Shown here one piece after another: positions 14,351 through 25,900 of a stretch of DNA of 64,000 bases (positions within the stretch are counted from its first letter, which is position 1; every line of letters starts with the position of its first letter). This stretch comes from Eledone cirrhosa. Its lineage: Eukaryota. The position numbers were made by a program, and so were the translations under genes. The notes under the pieces were generated by a model that worked only from the letters and a program-made list of their open reading frames with translations, had not been told where the DNA came from and ran no database searches. The stretch lies in the NCBI GenBank assembly GCA_964016885.1, contig OZ024758.1:37200001-37264000 (forward strand), given 5' to 3'.

Positions 14351-17300
14351 CTGTTGGTGAGATTTCATTTAAGTCATGGTATTAGTTGTCAGAAGTAACT
14401 CCAATGTTGGTGAGAATTCATTTAAGTCATGGTACTAGCTGTCAGAAGTAACTCCAATGTTGGTGAGAATTCATTTAAGTTCATGGTATTAGCTGTCAGA
14501 AGGAACTCCACTGTTGGTGAGAATTCATTTAAGTTCATGGTATTAGCTGTCAGAAGTAACTCCACTGTTGGTGAGAATTCATTTCAGTTCATGGTATTAG
14601 CTGTCAGAAGTCACTCCAATGTTGGTGAGAATTCGTTTGAGTTCATGGTATTAGCTGTCAGAAGTAACTCCACTGTTGGTGAGAATTCATTTAAGTTCAT
14701 GGTATTAGCTGTCAGAAGTAACTCCACTGTTGGTGAGAATTCATTTAAGTTCATGGTATTAGCTGTCAGAAGTAACTCCACTGTTGGTGAGAATTCATTT
14801 AAGTTCATGGTATTAGCTGTCAGAAGGAACTCCAATGTTGGTGAGAATTCATTTAAGTCATGGTACTAGCTGTCAGAAGTAACTCCACTGTTGGTGAGAA
14901 TTCATTTAAGTTCATGGTATTAGCTGTCAGAAGGAACGCCGCTGTTGGTGAGAATTCATTTAAGTTCATGGTATTAGCTGTCAGAAGTAACTCCACTGTT
15001 GGTGAGAATTCATTTAAGTTCATGGTACTAGCTGTCAGAAGTATCTCCAATGTTGGTGAGAATTCATTTAAGTTCATGGTATTAGCTGTCAGAAGGAACT
15101 CCACTGTTGGTGAGAATTCATTTAAGTTCATGGTATTAGCTGTCAGAAGTAACTCCACTGTTGGTGAGAATTCATTTAAGTTCATGGTATTAGCTGTCAG
15201 AAGTAACTCCACTGTTGGTGAGAATTCATTTAAGTTCATGGTACTAGCTGTCAGAAGTCACTCCAATGTTGGTGAGAATTCATTTAAGTTCATGGTATTA
15301 GCTGTCAGAAGTAACTCCACTGTTGGTGAGAATTCATTTAAGTTCATGGTACTAGCTGTCAGAAGTAACCCCAATGTTGGTGAGAATTCATTTAAGTTCA
15401 TGGTATTAGCTGTCAGAAGTCACTCCAATGTTGGTGAGAATTCATTTAAGTTCATGGTATTAGCTGTCAGAAGTCACTCCACTGTTGGTGAGAATTCATT
15501 TAAGTTCATGGTACTAGCTGTCAGAAGTAACCCCAATGTTGGTGAGAATTCATTTAAGTTCATGGTATTAGCTGTCCGAAGTCACTCCAATGTTGGTGAG
15601 AATTCATTTAAGTTCATGGTATTAGCTGTCAGAAGTAACTCCACTGTTGGTGAGAATCCATTTAAGTTCATGGTATTAGCTGTCAGAAGTAACCCCACTG
15701 TTGGTGAGAATTCATTTAAGTTCATGGTATTAGCTGTCAGAAGGAACTCCAATGTTGGTGAGAATTCATTTAAGTCATGGTACTAGCTGTCAGAAGTAAC
15801 TCCACTGTTGGTGAGAATTCATTTAAGTTCATGGTATTAGCTGTCAGAAGGAACGCCACTGTTGGTGAGAATTCATTTAAGTTCATGGTATTAGCTGTCA
15901 GAAGTAACTCCACTGTTGGTGAGAATTCATTTAAGTTCATGGTACTAGCTGTCAGAAGTAACTCCAATGTTGGTGAGAATTCATTTAATTTCATGGTATT
16001 AGCTGTCAGAAGGAACTCCACTGTTGGTGAGAATTCATTTAAGTTCATGGTATTAGCTGTCAGAAGTAACTCCACTGTTGGTGAGAATTCATTTATGTTC
16101 ATGGTACTAGTTGTCAGAAGTAACTCCACTGTTGGTGAGAATTCATTTAAGTTCATGGTATTAGTTGTCAGAAGTAACTCCACTGTTGGTGAGAATTCAT
16201 TTAAGTCATGGTATTAGTTGTCAGAAGTAACTCCAATGTTGGTGAGAATTCATTTAAGTTCATGGTACTAGCTGTCAGAAGTAACTCCACTGTTGGTGAG
16301 AATTCATTTAAGTTCATGGTATTAGCTGTCAGAAGTAACTCCACTGTTGGTGAGAATTCATTTAAGTCATGGTATTAGCTGTCAGAACTAACTCCATTGT
16401 TGGTGAGAATTCATTTAAGTCATGGTACTAGCTGTCAGAAGTAACTCCACTGTTGGTGAGAATTCATTTAAGTTCATGGTATTAGCTGTCAGAAGGAACG
16501 CCACTGTTGGTGAGAATTCATTTAAGTTCATGGTATTAGCTGTCAGAAGTAACTCCACTGTTGGTGAGAATTCATTTAAGTTCATGGTATTAGCTGTCAG
16601 AAGTAACTCCACTGTTGGTGAGAATTCATTTAAGTCATGGTATTAGCTGTCAGAAGTAACTCCAATGTTGGTGAGAATTTATTTAAGTTCATGGTATTAG
16701 CTGTCAGAAGTCACTCCACTGTTGGTGAGAATTCATTTAAGTTCATGGTACTAGTTGTCAGAAGTAACTCCACTGTTGGTGAGAATTCATTTAAGTTCAT
16801 GGTATTAGTTGTCAGAAGTAACTCCACTGTTGGTGAGAATTCATTTAAGTTCATGGTATTAGCTGTCAGAAGTAACTCCACTGTTGGTGAGAATTCATTT
16901 AAGTCATGGTATTAGCTGTCAGAAGTAACTCCATTGTTGGTGAGAATTCATTTAAGTTCATGGTATTAGCTGTCAGAAGGAACGCCACTGTTGGTGAGAA
17001 TTCATTTAAGTTCATGGTATTAGCTGTCAGAAGTAACTCCACTGTTGGTGAGAATTCATTTAAGTTCATGGTACTAGCTGTCAGAAGTAACTCCAATGTT
17101 GGTGAGAATTCATTTAAGTTCATGGTATTAGCTGTCAGAAGGAACTCCACTGTTGGTGAGAATTCATTTAAGTTCATGGTATTAGCTGTCAGAAGTAACT
17201 CCACTGTTGGTGAGAATTCATTTAAGTTCATGGTATTAGTTGTCAGAAGTAACTCCACTGTTGGTGAGAATTCATTTAAGTTATGGTATTAGTTGTCAGA

Positions 17301-19926
17301 AGTAACTCCAATGTTGGTGAGAATTCATTTAAGTTCATGGTACTAGCTGTCAGAAGTAACTCCACTGTTGGTGAGAATTCATTTAAGTTCATGGTATTAG
17401 CTGTCAGAAGTAACTCCACTGTTGGTGAGAATTCATTTAAGTCATGGTATTACCTGTCAGAAGTAACTCCATTGTTGGTGAGAATTCATTTAAGTCATGG
17501 TACTAGCTGTCAGAAGTAACTCCACTGTTGGTGAGAATTCATTTAAGTTCATGGTATTAGCTGTCAGAAGGAACTCCACTGTTGGTGAGAATTCATTTAA
17601 GTTCATGGTACTAGCTGTCAGAAGTAACTCCACTGTTGGTGAGAATTCATTTAAGTTCATGGTATTAGTTTGTCAGAAGTAACTCCACTGTTGGTGAGAT
17701 TTCATTTAAGTCATGGTATTAGTTGTCAGAAGTAACTCCAATGTTGGTGAGAATTCATTTAAGTCATGGTACTAGCTGTCAGAAGTAACTCCAATGTTGG
17801 TGAGAATTCATTTAAGTTCATGGTATTAGCTGTCAGAAGGAACTCCACTGTTGGTGAGAATTCATTTAAGTTCATGGTATTAGCTGTCAGAAGTAACTCC
17901 ACTGTTGGTGAGAATTCATTTCAGTTCATGGTATTAGCTGTCAGAAGTCACTCCAATGTTGGTGAGAATTCGTTTGAGTTCATGGTATTAGCTGTCAGAA
18001 GTAACTCCACTGTTGGTGAGAATTCATTTAAGTTCATGGTATTAGCTGTCAGAAGTAACTCCACTGTTGGTGAGAATTCATTTAAGTTCATGGTATTAGC
18101 TGTCAGAAGTAACTCCACTGTTGGTGAGAATTCATTTAAGTTCATGGTATTAGCTGTCAGAAGGAACTCCAATGTTGGTGAGAATTCATTTAAGTCATGG
18201 TACTAGCTGTCAGAAGTAACTCCACTGTTGGTGAGAATTCATTTAAGTTCATGGTATTAGCTGTCAGAAGGAACGCCGCTGTTGGTGAGAATTCATTTAA
18301 GTTCATGGTATTAGCTGTCAGAAGTAACTCCACTGTTGGTGAGAATTCATTTAAGTTCATGGTACTAGCTGTCAGAAGTATCTCCAATGTTGGTGAGAAT
18401 TCATTTAAGTTCATGGTATTAGCTGTCAGAAGGAACTCCACTGTTGGTGAGAATTCATTTAAGTTCATGGTATTAGCTGTCAGAAGTAACTCCACTGTTG
18501 GTGAGAATTCATTTAAGTTCATGGTATTAGCTGTCAGAAGTAACTCCACTGTTGGTGAGAATTCATTTAAGTTCATGGTACTAGCTGTCAGAAGTCACTC
18601 CAATGTTGGTGAGAATTCATTTAAGTTCATGGTATTAGCTGTCAGAAGTAACTCCACTGTTGGTGAGAATTCATTTAAGTTCATGGTACTAGCTGTCAGA
18701 AGTAACCCCAATGTTGGTGAGAATTCATTTAAGTTCATGGTATTAGCTGTCAGAAGTCACTCCAATGTTGGTGAGAATTCATTTAAGTTCATGGTATTAG
18801 CTGTCAGAAGTCACTCCACTGTTGGTGAGAATTCATTTAAGTTCATGGTACTAGCTGTCAGAAGTAACCCCAATGTTGGTGAGAATTCATTTAAGTTCAT
18901 GGTATTAGCTGTCCGAAGTCACTCCAATGTTGGTGAGAATTCATTTAAGTTCATGGTATTAGCTGTCAGAAGTAACTCCACTGTTGGTGAGAATCCATTT
19001 AAGTTCATGGTATTAGCTGTCAGAAGTAACCCCACTGTTGGTGAGAATTCATTTAAGTTCATGGTATTAGCTGTCAGAAGGAACTCCAATGTTGGTGAGA
19101 ATTCATTTAAGTCATGGTACTAGCTGTCAGAAGTAACTCCACTGTTGGTGAGAATTCATTTAAGTTCATGGTATTAGCTGTCAGAAGGAACGCCACTGTT
19201 GGTGAGAATTCATTTAAGTTCATGGTATTAGCTGTCAGAAGTAACTCCACTGTTGGTGAGAATTCATTTAAGTTCATGGTACTAGCTGTCAGAAGTAACT
19301 CCAATGTTGGTGAGAATTCATTTAATTTCATGGTATTAGCTGTCAGAAGGAACTCCACTGTTGGTGAGAATTCATTTAAGTTCATGGTATTAGCTGTCAG
19401 AAGTAACTCCACTGTTGGTGAGAATTCATTTATGTTCATGGTACTAGTTGTCAGAAGTAACTCCACTGTTGGTGAGAATTCATTTAAGTTCATGGTATTA
19501 GTTGTCAGAAGTAACTCCACTGTTGGTGAGAATTCATTTAAGTCATGGTATTAGTTGTCAGAAGTAACTCCAATGTTGGTGAGAATTCATTTAAGTTCAT
19601 GGTACTAGCTGTCAGAAGTAACTCCACTGTTGGTGAGAATTCATTTAAGTTCATGGTATTAGCTGTCAGAAGTAACTCCACTGTTGGTGAGAATTCATTT
19701 AAGTCATGGTATTAGCTGTCAGAACTAACTCCATTGTTGGTGAGAATTCATTTAAGTCATGGTACTAGCTGTCAGAAGTAACTCCACTGTTGGTGAGAAT
19801 TCATTTAAGTTCATGGTATTAGCTGTCAGAAGGAACGCCACTGTTGGTGAGAATTCATTTAAGTTCATGGTATTAGCTGTCAGAAGTAACTCCACTGTTG
19901 GTGAGAATTCATTTAAGTTCATGGTA
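13165..19926. repeat. Tandem block duplication, 3337-bp unit (~62 monomers), 2 near-identical copies
   Basis: Eight ORF starts are offset by exactly 3337 (13300/16637 through 16422/19759). Shared rare variants GAGATTTC, TTCGTTTGAG, AACGCCGCT, GTATCTCC, GTCCGAAG and AGAACTAAC. Confidence 0.93.
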
Positions 19927-22900
19927 CTAGCTGTCAGAAGTAACTCCAATGTTGGTGAGAATTCATTTAAGTTCATGGTATTAGCTGTCAGAAGGAACTC
20001 CACTGTTGGTGAGAATTCATTTAAGTTCATGGTATTAGCTGTCAGAAGTAACTCCACTGTTGGTGAGAATTCATTTAAGTTCATGGTATTAGTTGTCAGA
20101 AGTAACTCCACTGTTGGTGAGAATTCATTTAAGTCATGGTATTAGTTGTCAGAAGTAACTCCAATGTTGGTGAGAATTCATTTAAGTTCATGGTACTAGC
20201 TGTCAGAAGTAACTCCACTGTTGGTGAGAATTCATTTAAGTTCATGGTATTAGCTGTCAGAAGTCACTCCAATGTTGGTGAGAATTCATTTAAGTTCATG
20301 GTATTAGCTGTCAGAAGTAACTCCACTGTTGGTGAGAATTCATTTAAGTTCATGGTATTAGCTGTCAGAAGTAACTCCACTGTTGGTGAGAATTCATTTA
20401 AGTTCATGGTATTAGCTGTCAGAAGTAACTCCACTGTTGGTGAGAATTCATTTAAGTTCATGGTATTAGCTGTCAGAAGTCACTCCACTGTTGGTGAGAA
20501 TTCATTTAAGTTCATGGTATTAGCTGTCAGAAGTAACTCCACTGTTGGTGAGAATTCATTTAAGTTCATGGTATTAGCTGTCAGAAGTAACTCCACTGTT
20601 GGTGAGAATTCATTTAAGTATTGGTATTAGCTGTCAGAAGTAACTCCATTGTTGGTGAGAATTCATTTAAGTCATGGTACTAGCTGTCAGAAGTAACTCC
20701 ACTGTTGGTGAGAATTCATGTAAGTTCATGGTATTAGCTGTCAGAAGGAACTCCACTGTTGGTGAGAATTCATTTAAGTTCATGGTACTAGCTGTCAGAA
20801 GTAACTCCACTGTTGGTGAGAATTCATTTAAGTTCATGGTATTAGCTGTCAGAAGTAACTCCACTGTTGGTGAGAATTCATTTAAGTTCATGGTATTAGC
20901 TGTCAGAAGTAACTCCACTGTTGGTGAGAATTCATTTAAGTTCATGGTATTAGCTGTCAGAAGTAACTCCACTGTTGGTGAGAATTCATTTAAGTCATGG
21001 TACTAGCTGTCAGAAGTAACTCCACTGTTGGTGAGAATTCATTTAAGTTCATGGTATTAGCTGTCAGAAGGAACGCCACTGTTGGTGAGAATTCATTTAA
21101 GTTCATGGTATTAGCTGTCAGAAGTAACTCCACTGTTGGTGAGAATTCATTTAAGTTCATGGTACTAGCTGTCAGAAGTAACCCCAATGTTGGTGAGAAT
21201 TCATTTAAGTTTATGGTATTAGCTGTCAGAAGTCACTCCAATGTTGGTGAGAATTCATTTAAGTTCACGGTATTAGCTGTCAGAAGTAACTCCACTGTTG
21301 GTGAGAATTCATTTAAGTTCATGGTATTAGCTGTCAGAAGTAACTCCACTGTTGGTGAGAATTCATTTAAGTTCATGGTATTAGTTTGTCAGAAGTAACT
21401 CCACTGTTGGTGAGAATTCATTTAAGTCATGGTATTAGTTGTCAGAAGTAACTCCAATGTTGGTGAGAATTCATTTAAGTTCATGGTATTAGCTGTCAGA
21501 AGTAACTCCACTGTTGGTGAGAATTCATTTAAGTTCATGGTATTAGCTGTCAGAAGTAACTCCACTGTTGGTGAGAATTCATTTAAGTTCATGGTATTAG
21601 CTGTCAGAAGTAACTCCACTGTTGGTGAGAATTCATTTAAGTTCATGGTACTAGCTGTCAGAAGTCACTCCAATGTTGGTGAGAATTCATTTAAGTTCAT
21701 GGTATTAGCTGTCAGAAGTAACTCCACTGTTGGTGAGAATTCATTTAAGTTCATGGTACTAGCTGTCAGAAGTAACCCCAATGTTGGTGAGAATTCATTT
21801 AAGTTCATGGTATTAGCTGTCAGAAGTCACTCCAATGTTGGTGAGAATTCATTTAAGTTCATGGTATTAGCTGTCAGAAGTCACTCCACTGTTGGTGAGA
21901 ATTCATTTAAGTTCATGGTACTAGCTGTCATAAGTAACCCCAATGTTGGTGAGAATTCATTTAAGTTCATGGTATTAGCTGTCAGAAGTCACTCCAATGT
22001 TGGTGAGAATTCATTTAAGTTCATGGTATTAGCTGTCAGAAGTAACTCCACTGTTGGTGAGAATCCATTTAAGTTCATGGTATTAGCTGTCAGAAGTAAC
22101 CCCACTGTTGGTGAGAATTCATTTAAGTTCATGGTATTAGCTGTCAGAAGGAACTCCAATGTTGGTGAGAATTCATTTAAGTCATGGTACTAGCTGTCAG
22201 AAGTAACTCCACTGTTGGTGAGAATTCATTTAAGTTCATGGTATTAGCTGTCAGAAGGAACGCCACTGTTGGTGAGAATTCATTTAAGTTCATGGTATTA
22301 GCTGTCAGAAGTAACTCCACTGTTGGTGAGAATTCATTTAAGTTCATGGTACTAGCTGTCAGAAGTAACTCCAATGTTGGTGAGAATTCATTTAATTTCA
22401 TGGTATTAGCTGTCAGAAGGAACTCCACTGTTGGTGAGAATTCATTTAAGTTCATGGTATTAGCTGTCAGAAGTAACTCCACTGTTGGTGAGAATTCATT
22501 TATGTTCATGGTACTAGTTGTCAGAAGTAACTCCACTGTTGGTGAGAATTCATTTAAGTTCATGGTATTAGTTGTCAGAAGTAACTCCACTGTTGGTGAG
22601 AATTCATTTAAGTCATGGTATTAGTTGTCAGAAGTAACTCCAATGTTGGTGAGAATTCATTTAAGTTCATGGTACTAGCTGTCAGAAGTAACTCCACTGT
22701 TGGTGAGAATTCATTTAAGTTCATGGTATTAGCTGTCAGAAGTAACTCCACTGTTGGTGAGAATTCATTTAAGTCATGGTATTAGCTGTCAGAACTAACT
22801 CCATTGTTGGTGAGAATTCATTTAAGTCATGGTACTAGCTGTCAGAAGTAACTCCACTGTTGGTGAGAATTCATTTAAGTTCATGGTATTAGCTGTCAGA

Positions 22901-25900
22901 AGGAACGCCACTGTTGGTGAGAATTCATTTAAGTTCATGGTATTAGCTGTCAGAAGTAACTCCACTGTTGGTGAGAATTCATTTAAGTTCATGGTACTAG
23001 CTGTCAGAAGTAACACCAATGTTGGTGAGAATTCATTTAAGTTCATGGTATTAGCTGTCAGAAGGAACTCCACTGTTGGTGAGAATTCATTTAAGTTCAT
23101 GGTATTAGCTGTCAGAAGTAACTCCACTGTTGGTGAGAATTCATTTAAGTTCATGGTACTAGCTGTCAGAAGTAACCCCAATGTTGGTGAGAATTCATTT
23201 AAGTTCATGGTATTAGCTGTCAGAAGTCACTCCAATGTTGGTGAGAATTCATTTAAGTTCATGGTATTAGCTGTCAGAAGTCACTCCACTGTTGGTGAGA
23301 ATTCATTTAAGTTCATGGTACTAGCTGTCAGAAGTAACCCCAATGTTGGTGAGAATTCATTTAAGTTCATGGTATTAGCTGTCCGAAGTCACTCCAATGT
23401 TGGTGAGAATTCATTTAAGTTCATGGTATTAGCTGTCAGAAGTAACTCCACTGTTGGTGAGAATCCATTTAAGTTCATGGTATTAGCTGTCAGAAGTAAC
23501 CCCACTGTTGGTGAGAATTCATTTAAATTCATGGTATTAGCTGTCAGAAGGAACTCCAATGTTGGTGAGAATTCATTTAAGTCATGGTACTAGCTGTCAG
23601 AAGTAACTCCACTGTTGGTGAGAATTCATTTAAGTTCATGGTATTAGCTGTCAGAAGGAACGCCACTGTTGGTGAGAATTCATTTAAGTTCATGGTATTA
23701 GCTGTCAGAAGTAACTCCACTGTTGGTGAGAATTCATTTAAGTTCATGGTACTAGCTGTCAGAAGTAACTCCAATGTTGGTGAGAATTCATTTAATTTCA
23801 TGGTATTAGCTGTCAGAAGGAACTCCACTGTTGGTGAGAATTCATTTAAGTTCATGGTATTAGCTGTCAGAAGTAACTCCACTGTTGGTGAGAATTCATT
23901 TATGTTCATGGTACTAGTTGTCAGAAGTAACTCCACTGTTGGTGAGAATTCATTTAAGTTCATGGTATTAGTTGTCAGAAGTAACTCCACTGTTGGTGAG
24001 AATTCATTTAAGTCATGGTATTAGTTGTCAGAAGTAACTCCAATGTTGGTGAGAATTCATTTAAGTTCATGGTACTAGCTGTCAGAAGTAACTCCACTGT
24101 TGGTGAGAATTCATTTAAGTTCATGGTATTAGCTGTCAGAAGTAACTCCACTGTTGGTGAGAATTCATTTAAGTCATGGTATTAGCTGTCAGAACTAACT
24201 CCATTGTTGGTGAGAATTCATTTAAGTCATGGTACTAGCTGTCAGAAGTAACTCCACTGTTGGTGAGAATTCATTTAAGTTCATGGTATTAGCTGTCAGA
24301 AGGAACGCCACTGTTGGTGAGAATTCATTTAAGTTCATGGTATTAGCTGTCAGAAGTAACTCCACTGTTGGTGAGAATTCATTTAAGTTCATGGTACTAG
24401 CTGTCAGAAGTAACTCCAATGTTGGTGAGAATTCATTTAAGTTCATGGTATTAGCTGTCAGAAGGAACTCCACTGTTGGTGAGAATTCATTTAAGTTCAT
24501 GGTATTAGCTGTCAGAAGTAACTCCACTGTTGGTGAGAATTCATTTAAGTTCATGGTATTAGTTGTCAGAAGTAACTCCACTGTTGGTGAGAATTCATTT
24601 AAGTCATGGTATTAGTTGTCAGAAGTAACTCCAATGTTGGTGAGAATTCATTTAAGTTCATGGTACTAGCTGTCAGAAGTAACTCCACTGTTGGTGAGAA
24701 TTCATTTAAGTTCATGGTATTAGCTGTCAGAAGTCACTCCAATGTTGGTGAGAATTCATTTAAGTTCATGGTATTAGCTGTCATAAGTAACTCCACTGTT
24801 GGTGAGAATTCATTTAAGTTCATGGTATTAGCTGTCAGAAGTAACTCCACTGTTGGTGAGAATTCATTTAAGTTCATGGTATTAGCTGTCAGAAGTAACT
24901 CCACTGTTGGTGAGAATTCATTTAAGTTCATGGTATTAGCTGTCAGAAGTCACTCCACTGTTGGTGAGAATTCATTTAAGTTCATGGTATTAGCTGTCAG
25001 AAGTAACTCCACTGTTGGTGAGAATTCATTTAAGTTCATGGTATTAGCTGTCAGAAGTAACTCCACTGTTGGTGAGAATTCATTTAAGTCATGGTATTAG
25101 CTGTCAGAAGTAACTCCATTGTTGGTGAGAATTCATTTAAGTCATGGTACTAGCTGTCAGAAGTAACTCCACTGTTGGTGAGAATTCATGTAAGTTCATG
25201 GTATTAGCTGTCAGAAGGAACTCCACTGTTGGTGAGAATTCATTTAAGTTCATGGTACTAGCTGTCAGAAGTAACTCCACTGTTGGTGAGAATTCATTTA
25301 AGTTCATGGTATTAGCTGTCAGAAGTAACTCCACTGTTGGTGAGAATTCATTTAAGTTCATGGTATTAGCTGTCAGAAGTAACTCCACTGTTGGTGAGAA
25401 TTCATTTAAGTTCATGGTATTAGCTGTCAGAAGTAACTCCACTGTTGGTGAGAATTCATTTAAGTCATGGTACTAGCTGTCAGAAGTAACTCCACTGTTG
25501 GTGAGAATTCATTTAAGTTCATGGTATTAGCTGTCAGAAGGAACGCCACTGTTGGTGAGAATTCATTTAAGTTCATGGTATTAGCTGTCAGAAGTAACTC
25601 CACTGTTGGTGAGAATTCATTTAAGTTCATGGTACTAGCTGTCAGAAGTAACCCCAATGTTGGTGAGAATTCATTTAAGTTTATGGTATTAGCTGTCAGA
25701 AGTCACTCCAATGTTGGTGAGAATTCATTTAAGTTCACGGTATTAGCTGTCAGAAGTAACTCCACTGTTGGTGAGAATTCATTTAAGTTCATGGTATTAG
25801 CTGTCAGAAGTAACTCCACTGTTGGTGAGAATTCATTTAAGTTCATGGTATTAGTTTGTCAGAAGTAACTCCACTGTTGGTGAGAATTCATTTAAGTCAT

